A stretch of DNA of 64,000 nucleotides from Alphaproteobacteria bacterium (GTDB taxonomy: Bacteria; Pseudomonadota; Alphaproteobacteria; UBA828), in contig CBDEFM010000002.1 in assembly GCA_965237415.1 (NCBI GenBank), positions 3,584,001 to 3,648,000 on the forward strand, written 5' to 3'. The notes under the pieces were generated by a model that was given only the letters and a program-made list of their open reading frames with translations, made no database searches and had not been told where the DNA came from. Each line of letters begins with the position of its first letter. The first letter of the stretch is position 1. Positions 32,257 to 42,552 of the stretch are shown one piece after another. The position numbers were made by a program, and so were the translations under genes.

Positions 32257-33870
32257 TCAGTCGAAGAGGTTTGCGATGTTCTTCAGGATGCTGTCGCCGA
32301 TATAGAGCGCCAGCGCCTGGATGGTCGAGGTGGGGTTCACCGCGGCGGATGTGACGAAGATGCTGCCGTCCACGATGAAGAGGTTGCGTACGTCGTGGCA
32401 GCGCCCCCAGCCATTGACCACCGAGCGCTCCGGATCGTCGCCCATGCGCGCCGTGCCCATCTGGTGCCATCCGGCCCGCCACCAGACCTCCTGGCCCGCG
32501 CCTGAGATCTGCCTTGCGCCGGCGGCGAGCAACGCCTCCTCCGCCCGCGCCTCGCCGTGGGCGATCATCTTTCTGGTGTTGTCATCCACCGAATAGGTGA
32601 TCTTGGGCGCAGGGATGCCGTCGCTGTCGGTGAGCTCGGGGTCGAGCGTGACCGTGTTGGTCTCGCGCGGCAGGTCTTCGGTGACGACGGTGAGCGCCGC
32701 CGAATAGGGATAGACCTCGTCCATCAGGCGCCGGTGCTCGCTGCCCCAGGGGATGGGCTTGTCGATGCCGAAGCCGCCGAGAGTCCATGTCATGGGGGTG
32801 ATCCAGCGGCTGGCGTGCAACCCGTAGCCGCGCACGAAGTCGCGCGACGGGTCGCTCTCGTAGAACTCCTGGCTCAGGATGCTGCACGCCATGGGTCCCT
32901 TGAAGCCCTCCATCGGCTCGTCGAAGACGCCCGAGACGCCCGTCAAGGGGTGGAACATCAGGTTCTTGCCCACGAGGCCGCTGCGGTTGGCGATGCCGTC
33001 CGGGAAGTGCCTGGATTTCGAGTGCAGCATCAGCCTCGGCGTGCCGATGCCATTGCAGGCAAGAACGACGACTTCTGCCCGCTGGCGCTGCAGGCGGCCC
33101 TCCGGGTCGTGATAGAGCACGCCGCTCGCCATGCCGTGCTCGTCCAGCGTGATCTCGCGCACCCGGCAGTCGGTCCGCAATTCCACGCCCGCGTGCAGCA
33201 GGACCGGCCAGTAGGTTGTATTCACGCTGGCCTTGGCGCCCGTCGCGCAGCCCAGATCGCAGGTTCCCGCGTTGACGCACTTCGCCCGACCGTCGTAGTC
33301 GCGGCTCAGGATCGCAGCATCGGACGGCCACCAGTGCCAGCCCAGACGGTTGAAACCCCGCGCCAGCGTCCGGCCCAGCTTGCCGAGAGGGAGCGGCGGA
33401 AGCGGCGGCTCATAGGGCGGATAGGCCGGGTTTCCGGCGAGGCCGGACGAGCCCATGTTGCGATCGTTCTGCGCGTAGTAGGGCTCCAGCGTCGCGTAGT
33501 CCATCGGCCAGTCGTCGGCCACGCCATCCAGCGAGCGGGCGCGGAAGTCAGAGGGATGCATGCGCGGCCAGTGCGCCGCGAAGTTGATCGTCGAGCCGCC
33601 GACGGCATTGAAGTTGACCGGCGTGATCGGCGACTCCTCCGCGTTGATCGGATAGTCCTGCGGCAGACCGCGCACATTGGGGTCGCAACTGAACTCGGCG
33701 TAGCGGCTGAGCTCGTAATCCGGATTGCGGCTGGGGTATGCCGCGTCGGTGATCATCGGTCCCTGTTCCAGGCAGAGAATGCGCATGCGCGAGCCCAGCA
33801 GCGACCAGGCGAACGCCGCGCCGGACGCGCCTGCGCCCACGATCAGCACATCGACGGGGTCGTCGCTCAT
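32257..33870 (-). CDS. GMC family oxidoreductase
   Basis: GAGASG, VGGST, HQMGTARMG, NPTSTI. Confidence 0.92.
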   Translation of the reverse strand: MSDDPVDVLIVGAGASGAAFAWSLLGSRMRILCLEQGPMITDAAYPSRNPDYELSRYAEFSCDPNVRGLPQDYPINAEESPITPVNFNAVGGSTINFAAHWPRMHPSDFRARSLDGVADDWPMDYATLEPYYAQNDRNMGSSGLAGNPAYPPYEPPLPPLPLGKLGRTLARGFNRLGWHWWPSDAAILSRDYDGRAKCVNAGTCDLGCATGAKASVNTTYWPVLLHAGVELRTDCRVREITLDEHGMASGVLYHDPEGRLQRQRAEVVVLACNGIGTPRLMLHSKSRHFPDGIANRSGLVGKNLMFHPLTGVSGVFDEPMEGFKGPMACSILSQEFYESDPSRDFVRGYGLHASRWITPMTWTLGGFGIDKPIPWGSEHRRLMDEVYPYSAALTVVTEDLPRETNTVTLDPELTDSDGIPAPKITYSVDDNTRKMIAHGEARAEEALLAAGARQISGAGQEVWWRAGWHQMGTARMGDDPERSVVNGWGRCHDVRNLFIVDGSIFVTSAAVNPTSTIQALALYIGDSILKNIANLFD

Positions 33871-33888
33871 ACCGGATTCCTCCCGCGC

Positions 33889-34365
33889 TCAGGACGGGCG
33901 ATAGCAGCGGCCCCGCGCGCGCACCGGGGCCAGCATGTCCGCGAGTTCATCGGGGTCGTCTTCGGGCAGCTCGTAGCCCTCCGGCTGTGTCGGGCGGTCG
34001 GAAAGGCCGAAGTGCGGGCGAACGTCCGCGCGGCTGTAATAGCCCATGTAGGTGTGCCATAGCAGTGCAGTGAACGCGTCGGATGCCTCTCGCTCCAGCG
34101 CCTCGACGACGGCGACGCGCCCGGCGGCATCCAGGTCGTCGAAGCTCGCGCCACGGGCATCGGCGAGGGCCGCGGCGTGCGAGAGGACCTCGCGCAGCGA
34201 GGCCGCGAGTGCCGGATCGGCCGACGCCTTGCTGACCAGGAAGTCGGCGATGCCGAGCGCGCCCGCTGCCGGGATCCGACCGTCCGCGCTCGCAGGCACG
34301 ATCTCGTCGAGCAGGCCGCTCAGCAGGTGGCCCTGGTCCTCGCTCCAGGGGTGAATGTCGGTCAT
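33889..34365 (-). CDS. Gluconate 2-dehydrogenase subunit 3-like protein
   Basis: LLDEIVP...PAAGALG...F..L...GYYS; upstream of GMC gene. Confidence 0.8.
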   Translation of the reverse strand: MTDIHPWSEDQGHLLSGLLDEIVPASADGRIPAAGALGIADFLVSKASADPALAASLREVLSHAAALADARGASFDDLDAAGRVAVVEALEREASDAFTALLWHTYMGYYSRADVRPHFGLSDRPTQPEGYELPEDDPDELADMLAPVRARGRCYRPS

Positions 34366-34738
34366 GTGCCGCCTCCGCGTGAGAAGTTGACGCCCCGACG
34401 CGAGACCGCGTCCATGGCCGCCGCCGTGGTTCATTGTCGGGCCGCTGTTAACACTGCCGGATGCTTACGCACACGCGACATCCTCACGTGATTCTCGCGA
34501 CATTTCCAGCTGTGGAAAGAGGGCGGCTTCCGGACAGGTCCAGCCGGCGCTACAGACGATTTGGTCGTCGCTCAAGTCACACCGCCAACGGGCGCTTATG
34601 GCTGCCGAAGGGATACTTGTAGCGATCGCTCGATACCGCGACGCCGGGATTGCCATCGAGCTCGATGCAGCCCTTGGAACCGTAGAGCGTGAAACAAATG
34701 TCGACCACGGTCGGGCGACGCTGGCCACGCCGCTCTCC

Positions 34739-34978
34739 CTATCCCTTCAACGAACCGCTCAGCATCCCGCGCACGAGATAGCTCTGGAAGGCGAAGGCGA
34801 CGACCACCGGGGGCACGACCGCGAGCACCGCGGCCGCGAACATCGGCCCGTAGTCGTAGAACCTCAACTGGACGAAGAAGCCGGCGATGATGACCGGAAT
34901 GGTCTGCGCCTTCGGGCTGCCGGTGAGAATGAGGGCGAAGATGAACTCGTTCCAGCTGACCAGGAACCCGGCATGCAC
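34739..34978 (-). pseudogene. Carbohydrate ABC permease C-terminal fragment
   Basis: SWNEFIFALILT...FQSYLVRGMLSGSLKG. Confidence 0.8.
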
Positions 34979-35275
34979 CGGCGCGGATCAGGCCGCGATT
35001 GCCGCGCGCATGACGGCGGCCTGGCGCGATAGCCGCAAGGGGGCGCGCAAGCGGTCAGGCGTGATGCAATCGAGGCTAGCGCCGCCGCCGCCGCCGCCGC
35101 AGGGCCTCGAAGGGCGCCAAGTCCGTGTCAGGTCGCCCAATAGATCGATTTGTCCCCGAATATCCCGCTATATCTCGGAATCACGATAGCGGGAGGTCGT
35201 TACGGGAAGAGGTGAGAGTCGTCCGAGAGGCCCAGGACTTGCCGTCGTCGCGTGGCCGCGTTATGAGGCCGGGCG

Positions 35276-35563
35276 ATGGAGGTGCGTATCTACAGGCCGA
35301 CGAAAACGGCAACCCAGTCAGGCCACGCGAAGACCAGCCGCTGGGTGCTCGAGCACGCGCCGCGCGGCCACCGTGCGGTGGACAGTCTGATGGGCTGGAC
35401 CGGTTCCGACGACACCACGCAGCAGATCGAGCTGAGCTTCGCCACCAAGCAGCAGGCGATCGCCTACGCCAAGCGCCGGGGCTTCGCCTACGTGGTGGAC
35501 GAGCCCCAGGCACACACCGTCAAGCCCAAGTCCTACGCCGACAACTTCATCCGCAAGACCTGA
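35276..35563 (+). CDS. ETC complex I subunit (NDUFS4-like)
   Basis: RIYRPTKTATQSG, LMGWTGS.D, KSYADNF. Confidence 0.9.
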   Translation: MEVRIYRPTKTATQSGHAKTSRWVLEHAPRGHRAVDSLMGWTGSDDTTQQIELSFATKQQAIAYAKRRGFAYVVDEPQAHTVKPKSYADNFIRKT

Positions 35564-35665
35564 GCCGGGGCGCTCCGCGCCTGCGGTGCCCGGCCTCTCC
35601 CTGTCCGGCTTGGAGCGAGAAGACGAGCCACATGATGTGTCTCGTGTCCTGCTCACATCGCGTCT

Positions 35666-35890
35666 CTACCAGTGCTCCCTGCCTCGGGGGGCGCCCGTGT
35701 CTCGCTCGCGATGCAGATTGTCATCGGTGACACGGTTCAACAGGTCGGCGAGTTTGTAAGGTCTCTCTCCCGTCACAACCCGATCGCTGTGCGACGCCAT
35801 CTCGTTAGCGGAACTCTCAGTGATGCCTGACTTCTCGGGGATGTCCTTCGGAATGCGCACGGCCAGCTACCTTCCCATCGCCGCAATTGC
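35666..35890 (-). pseudogene. MazE/AbrB antitoxin remnant
   Basis: LAVRIPK...YKLADLL..VT.DNLH.E.DTG...GRE.W; broken start, no toxin. Confidence 0.65.
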
Positions 35891-35893
35891 CCC

Positions 35894-36811
35894 TCAGCCG
35901 GCGAAGCGGGGCTCCGGAATGCCTCTTATGCCGAGCCCGGTGACCGCGAACAGGCCGCCGGCGAGGAACTGCGGCTTGGCCTCCACCGTGAACATGTCGT
36001 GGACCGCCGGGTGCTGCACGCGGGCCATGGAGGTGACGTAGAGCACGTCGAGATTGTCGCCGCCGAACATCACGCTGGTGACGTTCTTCACCGGCATGCC
36101 GATGCGGCGCTCCACCGAGCCGTCCGGCGCGTAGCGCACCAGCTCGCCGCCGATCACCTGGGCGTTCCAGAGGCAACCTTCCTCGTCCACAGTGGAGCCG
36201 TCGGCAACGCCCGCGTCGTCCTTGGTCGAGGCGAACACCCGCTTGTTGGAGAGGCTGCCCGTCTCGATATCGTAGTCGTAGGCCCAGAACTCTTCCTGGA
36301 AGCTGTCGGCAAGGTAGAAGGTCTTGTCGTCGGGGCTCCAGCAGGGGCCGTTGGTGCAGATGATGCCGCCATCCGCCTTGGTGACGCTGAGGTCGGGGTC
36401 GAGCCGCCAGAGGCCGCAGATGGTGAGCTCCTCCTTGTCGTCCATCCCGCCCGCGAAGAAGCGCCCGCGTCGGTCGCACTTGCCGTCGTTGAGCCGGGTG
36501 CGCGGCTGCTCAGGATCGACCTTGGAGATCAGCTCCATCTCCGCCTTGTCGTAGTCGAAGAAGTAGAAGCCGTCGTCGAGCGCCATCACCGCGCCCCCGC
36601 CGGCACGGAGCGCCATCGCGCCGACATCGTGCTCGCCGACGGTCCAGTTCTCGACCTTGCCGCTGCGTGGGTCCATGCGCCAGAGCTCGGGCTTGCCGAC
36701 CCGGCGGCCGGTGCCGTCCACCCAGTAGAGTCGGCCTTCGTCTACGTCCCACACCGGGCCTTCGCCCAGATGGTTCTCGCAGTCGAGGATGCACTCGATT
36801 TTGATGCTCAT
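35894..36811 (-). CDS. SMP-30/gluconolactonase family protein
   Basis: LGEGPVW, RLNDGKCD, NGPCWSPD, DGSTVD. Confidence 0.92.
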   Translation of the reverse strand: MSIKIECILDCENHLGEGPVWDVDEGRLYWVDGTGRRVGKPELWRMDPRSGKVENWTVGEHDVGAMALRAGGGAVMALDDGFYFFDYDKAEMELISKVDPEQPRTRLNDGKCDRRGRFFAGGMDDKEELTICGLWRLDPDLSVTKADGGIICTNGPCWSPDDKTFYLADSFQEEFWAYDYDIETGSLSNKRVFASTKDDAGVADGSTVDEEGCLWNAQVIGGELVRYAPDGSVERRIGMPVKNVTSVMFGGDNLDVLYVTSMARVQHPAVHDMFTVEAKPQFLAGGLFAVTGLGIRGIPEPRFAG

Positions 36812-36921
36812 GCGCGTCGCCCCTTCGTTTGCCCGATGGTGGCGGCCGCCGGCGGAGCGTGCAAGACCGCACACATTGTCACCAGGCGGCACGGCGGCTA
36901 AGAGAGGGCGGGGAGGGCTCC

Positions 36922-37608
36922 ATGACCGCTCACGACATCGATCTCGCGGCGCTCGGCCGCTACGACACGCCGACCATCTGCAACGCGCTGCTGGCCGTGG
37001 CGCCCGAGGCGGCGCGGCGCTCGACCAAGGCGATGCTCCACTGTGCGCGCCCCGATCTGCCGCCGATGGTGGGCTTCGCCCGCACAACGCTCTACCGCAC
37101 GATGGAGCCCGGCAGCCTCGATGCCGAGGGCGAGAAGGCGCAGGACCTCGCCTGGTTCGACTATGTGGCCGCCGGCCCTGAGCCCCGCATCGTCGTGGTG
37201 CAGGACGGCGATACGCCCCATGCCGCGACCAACGCGCTCTTCGGCGAGGTCATGAGCTTCATGCACAGCGCGCTCGGCTGCGTCGGCCTCATCACCAACG
37301 GCGCCGTCCGCGATGTCGCCGGCATGGTGGAGGGCTTCCAGGCGCTCTACGGCGGCCTCGCGCCCAACCGCGCCGACTTCCACCGGGCCGATTTCGACTG
37401 CGAGGTGAACGTCGCCGGGCTCTACGCGCGCACCGATATCCTCATCCATGCCGACGTCAACGGCGCCGTCGTCGTGCCGCCGGAGCATGTGCCCGCGATC
37501 CTGGAGGCGGCGGCCGCGATTGCCAAGAAGGAGCAGGCGATCATCGATTTCTGCCGCGACCCCACTATCACGGTCGAGAGCTTCAAGCGCTTCTGGAGCC
37601 AGGGCTGA
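36922..37608 (+). CDS. RraA/HMG aldolase family protein
   Basis: DTPTICNA, FGEVM, ITNGAVRD, HADVNGAVVVP. Confidence 0.85.
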   Translation: MTAHDIDLAALGRYDTPTICNALLAVAPEAARRSTKAMLHCARPDLPPMVGFARTTLYRTMEPGSLDAEGEKAQDLAWFDYVAAGPEPRIVVVQDGDTPHAATNALFGEVMSFMHSALGCVGLITNGAVRDVAGMVEGFQALYGGLAPNRADFHRADFDCEVNVAGLYARTDILIHADVNGAVVVPPEHVPAILEAAAAIAKKEQAIIDFCRDPTITVESFKRFWSQG

Positions 37609-37614
37609 GCGCCG

Positions 37615-38346
37615 ATGCGAATCCTTCTCCTGCAGAATCACGACAACTCCGGGCCCGGATACCTGGACGAGCCGGCGGTGCGGCGCGGCGTCAGCTTCGA
37701 GGCCTGCATGCCGCACCTGAATGCCGACGACCGGCTGCCCGCCGACGACTCAGGCTACGACGGCTTCCTCCTCATGGGCGGCGCGATGCATGCGGGCCAC
37801 GTGGAGGAGCATCCGTGGCTCGAGGACGCGGCGGCGCTGGTGCGATGCTTCACCGAGGCGGAGAAACCGGTCCTCGGGATTTGCCTGGGCTCGCAGATCA
37901 TCGCGCGCGCCTTCGGCGGGCGCTGCTACGACATGCCGGTGCCCGAGGTGGGCTTCGTGCCGATCGCGCTGACGGCGGCGGCGGCGAGCGATCCGCTGCT
38001 CGGCCAGTCCTTCGACAACCCGCTCCACCTCGCCCAGTTCCACAGCCAGACTTTCGACATTCCCGAAGGCGCAACGCGACTGATGGTGGGCGAGGAAGTG
38101 CCGAACCAGGCCTTCCGGATTGGGGCCGCGACCTACTCCTTCCAGCCCCACTTCGAGGTGACGCCGGAGATGATGACCACCTGGGTCTCGATCTCGGACG
38201 AGATCGTACCCACCCATTTTCCGACGCTGCCCGAGGCGCTGCCGCACCTGCTACAGCTCCACCACTATGCCTCGCACGATTTCTGCTACCGCGTGGGCGA
38301 CGCCTGGCTCGCCCTCGTCGCCGCGCGGGCGAGGCGCAACGGGTAG
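37615..38346 (+). CDS. Type 1 glutamine amidotransferase
   Basis: LGICLGSQ, QPHFE. Confidence 0.9.
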   Translation: MRILLLQNHDNSGPGYLDEPAVRRGVSFEACMPHLNADDRLPADDSGYDGFLLMGGAMHAGHVEEHPWLEDAAALVRCFTEAEKPVLGICLGSQIIARAFGGRCYDMPVPEVGFVPIALTAAAASDPLLGQSFDNPLHLAQFHSQTFDIPEGATRLMVGEEVPNQAFRIGAATYSFQPHFEVTPEMMTTWVSISDEIVPTHFPTLPEALPHLLQLHHYASHDFCYRVGDAWLALVAARARRNG

Positions 38347-38460
38347 GTGGATGACGTGGTGATCCCTAAGGTGTGGGTCTGCGCGCCGATTCCGCGCTGA
38401 TCGGCATCGAGCCGAGACGCCGACTCATAAGCTTAGAAGACGAGTGTGGCGCGAGTTACG

Positions 38461-38748
38461 CTACGCAGCAGCAATTCGTTCGATCTGTATTGTCTGCTCG
38501 AGGTGGCGGGACCGCGCGAGGTCGAAGGCCAGTTGCATGCCAAGCCACGTCTCGGGAGTCGAGCCGAAGGCCTTCGATAGACGATAGGCCATCTCGATGG
38601 AGACGGACGCCTTTTCGTTCACCAGGTTTGAAAGCGTCTGGCGCCCGATGCCGAGCCGCTTTGCGCCTTCGGTAACAGTCAGTCCCAATGGCTTCAGGCA
38701 GTCTTCGCGAACGATGGCGCCAGGATGCACGGGATTGTTCATAGCCAT
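38461..38748 (-). CDS. higA: HigA antitoxin (orphan)
   Basis: PVHPG, MAYRLSKAFGSTPETWLGMQ..FDL. Confidence 0.88.
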   Translation of the reverse strand: MAMNNPVHPGAIVREDCLKPLGLTVTEGAKRLGIGRQTLSNLVNEKASVSIEMAYRLSKAFGSTPETWLGMQLAFDLARSRHLEQTIQIERIAAA

Positions 38749-38851
38749 CGCGAGATCTCTGGTGAGTGGGTCGGCTTGGCCGGTATGGTAGCAGAGAGGT
38801 GACGGCAGTACGCAGGGGTTATACACGCGTGGATAGCTCCACTTATTCGTA

Positions 38852-39524
38852 TTACTCCGCTGTCTCAATCACACCTTTGTCCTCCAGATATTTCCATAAT
38901 TTTGGATTCATGGTTAGTGAACCGTTGGTGATACCGAAGTCCGTTGCAACGTCGACAAGACGGGTTGCAGCTGCGTACGTCTGGGCTGCTTGCACAGCGA
39001 TGAACTCTTCAGAAGCGCGCCAATGATGCAAGGATGACCTTCGGGCCTCCCGAATGAAGCAAAAGTCTCTCACGGAATCTTCCCCAATAAGGTCTGCCTT
39101 CCACAACATTGTCACCCGCCTTTTTTGATCGATTTTCTTGTTAAAGGTTTCGAGTTTCGTGTAGGCGGGGTTGTCCATTATGTAGATTAGAATAGCCAAC
39201 TTTTCTGCAACTATTCCGCTAAGGGCGATCGATCCTATGTAGTTTCCAAGGATGTAATTCGTCTTGGATTGGCGGAGAGGATCAAATAAGCTCTTCCTTA
39301 TTTCTGACTCTTCAATAGAGATAAATAGGCCTTGATCAATTTCACTAAGTTCGAGATATCTCTTTTTGCACGCCGAAATGTCAGAGAGCGCGTCGAGAGA
39401 ACAGAGAGATCTCAGTAGAAGCATTGGCCCAGGCTCTTCGGACGATTCCGAGGAGGGGAACCCAGGTTCCCACTCCGGTATCATCAACGGCTTCAAAAAA
39501 AAGCGTAATATGCTTCTTACTCAT
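38852..39524 (-). CDS. HEPN/DUF4145-like hypothetical protein (possible homopolymer frameshift near start)
   Basis: YILGNYIGSIALSGIVAE and IREARRSSLH (Rx4H); low GC. Confidence 0.55.
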
Positions 39525-39612
39525 CTTGGATGGTTTCGGCAGGCCGACTGTGGAGTGAATGTACGATTAAACGTAAGTTACTGTTTGAATTCAGATTATT
39601 AGGAAGTGGAGG

Positions 39613-39629
39613 TGGTGACCCCTACGGGA
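39613..39629 (-). other. Possible tRNA-Glu 3'-end att remnant
   Basis: Reverse complement TCCCGTAGGGGTCACCA; also forms an ACCCCTAC/GTAGGGGT hairpin. Confidence 0.45.
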
Positions 39630-39725
39630 GTAGGGGTTGCCAATGAAAACAACGGCTTAGTTTGTCCAACTCCCTCAAAGGGGGGCATTGATTCCGTTGG
39701 GGTATTTTCCCCGTTGTCCAACCCC

Positions 39726-40914
39726 CTAGTCACCCGAATCTAAAGTTCGTGGCATAAGTTTTGATCGACGCGGAGGCAGAAGCGTTTGACGGCGGCGAGG
39801 ATGTCGTCGGCCGATTTGGTCCACCTGAAGGGCTTGGGGTCTTGGTTGTGCTTTTCGATGAAGGCCCGGATATCGGCTTCGAGCTGGCGGGTGGAGGTGT
39901 GCACGCCGCGCTGCAACTGCTTTCGCGTCAACTCGGCGAACCAGCGTTCGACCTGATTGATCCAGGACGCCGACGTCGGCGTGAAGTGGACATGCCAGTG
40001 CGCTCGCCGCGCCAGCCAAGCCTTGACCGCCGCGGTCTTGTGAGTGGCGTAATTGTCCATGACGATGTGGACGTCCAGCCCCTCGGGGACCGAGCGGTCG
40101 ATCTCTTTCAGGAAGTCGAGAAACTCCCTGGCCCGGTGGCGCCTGTAGCACTTGCCGATGACGCGGCCCGTGGCGACATCGAGGGCTGCGAACAGCGAGG
40201 TGGTGCCGTGACGCTTGTAATCGTGCGTGCGCCGCTCAGGCATGCCCGGCAACATCGGCAGGACCGGCTGTGTACGGTCGAGCGCCTGGATCTGGCTCTT
40301 CTCGTCGACGCAGAGCACCAGCGCGCGGTCCGGCGGCGAGAGATAGAGCCCAACGATGTCGCGGACCTTGTCCACGAAGTGCGGATCGCCCGACAGCTTG
40401 AAGGTCTCCGAGCGGTGCGGCTGCAAGCCGAAGGCGCCCCGGATGCGCCAGATCGTCGTGTGCGAAAGGCCGCTTTCCCTGGCCATCGAGCGCAACGACC
40501 AATGGGTGGCGTCCGCCGGCGTCGCGCTGAGCGTCCGCTCGACAACCTTGGCCACCTGATCGTCCGTGAGCGTTCGCGGCCGTCCCGGCCGAGGCTCATC
40601 CGACAGCCCCTCGATGCGCTCCTTCAGGAAGCGGCGGCGCCACTTGCCGACCGTGTGCTCGTGCACGCCGATCTCGGCGGCCACCGCCTTGTTGGTCAGG
40701 CCGTCTGCGCAGCGCAGGATCATGCGGCAGCGATCGGAGATCGAGCGCGCGACCCGGCGCCGTCGAGCCTGACGCTCAAGATACGACCGCTCTTCATCGC
40801 TCAGAACCAAGACCGCCATCGGCCGGCCAGTACCACGCGCCATCGCAATGACCTCCACAGCCACACCACGATGAACAGCCTACACTGAGCCTTACTTCAG
40901 TGCCAGATGACTAG
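39726..40914 (-). mobile_element. IS630 family element
   Basis: CTAG at both ends, TIR CTAGTCA..TGACTAG, intact transposase. Confidence 0.93.
39740..40843 (-). CDS. IS630 transposase
   Basis: [26 protein letters not shown]. Confidence 0.95.
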   Translation of the reverse strand: MARGTGRPMAVLVLSDEERSYLERQARRRRVARSISDRCRMILRCADGLTNKAVAAEIGVHEHTVGKWRRRFLKERIEGLSDEPRPGRPRTLTDDQVAKVVERTLSATPADATHWSLRSMARESGLSHTTIWRIRGAFGLQPHRSETFKLSGDPHFVDKVRDIVGLYLSPPDRALVLCVDEKSQIQALDRTQPVLPMLPGMPERRTHDYKRHGTTSLFAALDVATGRVIGKCYRRHRAREFLDFLKEIDRSVPEGLDVHIVMDNYATHKTAAVKAWLARRAHWHVHFTPTSASWINQVERWFAELTRKQLQRGVHTSTRQLEADIRAFIEKHNQDPKPFRWTKSADDILAAVKRFCLRVDQNLCHEL

Positions 40915-40952
40915 AGGGGTAGCTGGCAGCGCTTCGGGCGTGAGGTTGCGCT

Positions 40953-41933
40953 ATGGGCGCGCGCAAGCCGCGTGTCCTGCCAGGGCAGGGACAACTGCCG
41001 TTGGACTTCGCCCCGCCCCCCGTGCGAGCGCATGGTCTGCGGGCAGCACACCCTCGCCCGCTGGTGTCGATGGGCAAGGGCGCCGATCACTATTCCAGCT
41101 TCCGCACGTCACCGGCGAAGGCGTGGCGCTTCCCTGAGGTCGAGTACGGGAACGCAGGATCATCTATCGCAGCGCTCGTGCTCGACTGCGACAAGCCGGC
41201 CCGGCTGAGGCGTGGCCTTCCTGATCTGCCCCCGCCGAACTGGACGGTGTGGCGACGGGGGAATCATCACGCGCATGTGTGCTGGACATTGGACACGCCG
41301 GTGCATCGTTACCCCGCCGCCCGTGTCGAGCCGCTGCGCTACCTTGCCGACATCGCCGACTACTACTCGCACGCCGTCGGCGCCGATCCCGGCTATGCGG
41401 GCGTGCTCGCCCACAACCCCGCTTTGATCGACCGCTCGCCCTACCAGACTACCTGGGGGCGCGAAGACCCGTACACGCTCGACCAGCTGGCATCCGTCAT
41501 CCCGTTCAACTGGGAGCCGCCGACCGTCCGGCAGACAGGCGTGGGGCGGAACTGCGACTTGTTCGAAGCCGGGATGCGATGGGCTGGCCGGCGGGCCAAT
41601 GCTCACCAAGACGTGCTCCCGGCACTCATCGTGGTCAATCAGGAGTTCGACCACCCGTTGCCCTTCTCTGAGGTACAGGCCACGGCGCGCTCCATTGAGA
41701 AGTACCGCAGGCGGTGGGCTGCCCGTGGTTGGCACTGCCCGAGGTGGCTGTCGAGGCAGGCGGCGCGTGGGCGCAAGGGTGGACGGCCGCGCCTGTATGA
41801 GCCGGGCCGCGAGCCGTGGATGCTGGCAGGCATGAGCCGGGCGACTTGGTATCGGCGGCGCGAACGTGAGACAAAAGCCAACACAGATAAGAGGGGGGGC
41901 TGGGGGCCACCCTTGCCCTTGCCAGTGAGGTGA
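40953..41933 (+). CDS. ColE2-type plasmid replicase (primase-PriCT-HTH)
   Basis: LDCD, PNW, HAH, DPGYAG...NP, GRNCDLF, PLPFSEV..TARSI, GMSRATWYR. Confidence 0.85.
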   Translation: MGARKPRVLPGQGQLPLDFAPPPVRAHGLRAAHPRPLVSMGKGADHYSSFRTSPAKAWRFPEVEYGNAGSSIAALVLDCDKPARLRRGLPDLPPPNWTVWRRGNHHAHVCWTLDTPVHRYPAARVEPLRYLADIADYYSHAVGADPGYAGVLAHNPALIDRSPYQTTWGREDPYTLDQLASVIPFNWEPPTVRQTGVGRNCDLFEAGMRWAGRRANAHQDVLPALIVVNQEFDHPLPFSEVQATARSIEKYRRRWAARGWHCPRWLSRQAARGRKGGRPRLYEPGREPWMLAGMSRATWYRRRERETKANTDKRGGWGPPLPLPVR

Positions 41934-41959
41934 GACGACATGAATTCGAGACTGACGGA

Positions 41960-42100
41960 CGACATCACCCTCGACCTTCAGCGTCTTCACGAAGCTCTCC
42001 ATCATCGCGCTGTCGTAGGGGTTCCCGCGTCGCGCCATCGAGCCGACCAGGCCGTGTTCGCTGAGCAGGGCACGGTAGGCTTGGGCGGCGTACTGCGAAC
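41960..42100 (-). pseudogene. IS3 transposase fragment
   Basis: RGSQYAA...SMARRGNPYDSAMMESFVKTLKVE. Confidence 0.8.
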
Positions 42101-42120
42101 CTCTGACGCTCTCATGTTTG

Positions 42121-42490
42121 TCAAGCACTCGATGGGGCCGTGAGGACGCGGTAGATCTCGCGGGCCACGTAACGCTTCAGGCAGCGCATGATCTCGCGTT
42201 TGGACAGCCCCTCCAGGGTCCTGCGAGCGACATAGGCTCGGGTTCGTTGGTCGATGCGCATTCGGCACACGACGACTATGTGCAGGGCGGAGTTAGCTTG
42301 GCGGTTGTCATCGCGGTTGAGACGGTGGCGCTGAGCCTTCCCACTCGATGCGGGGATCGGGCAGACGCCGCACATCATGACGAAGCTCGCCTCGGAGCGG
42401 AGCCGATCCGGGTTATCCCCAACGGCGACCATGATTGCGCCCGCGTTCTCGGTGCCTACACCTTCGAGCTCGAGCAGATTGGGGGCGAGC
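42121..42490 (-). pseudogene. IS110 transposase C-terminal fragment
   Basis: PIPASSG...RHRLNR..NRQAN.AL...RCLKRYVARE. Confidence 0.8.
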
Positions 42491-42552
42491 TCCTCGACCG
42501 GGGTCCCGTTGCCCCCCCCCGCATGGGGCCGTTCACCTCAGACTACCCGGAT

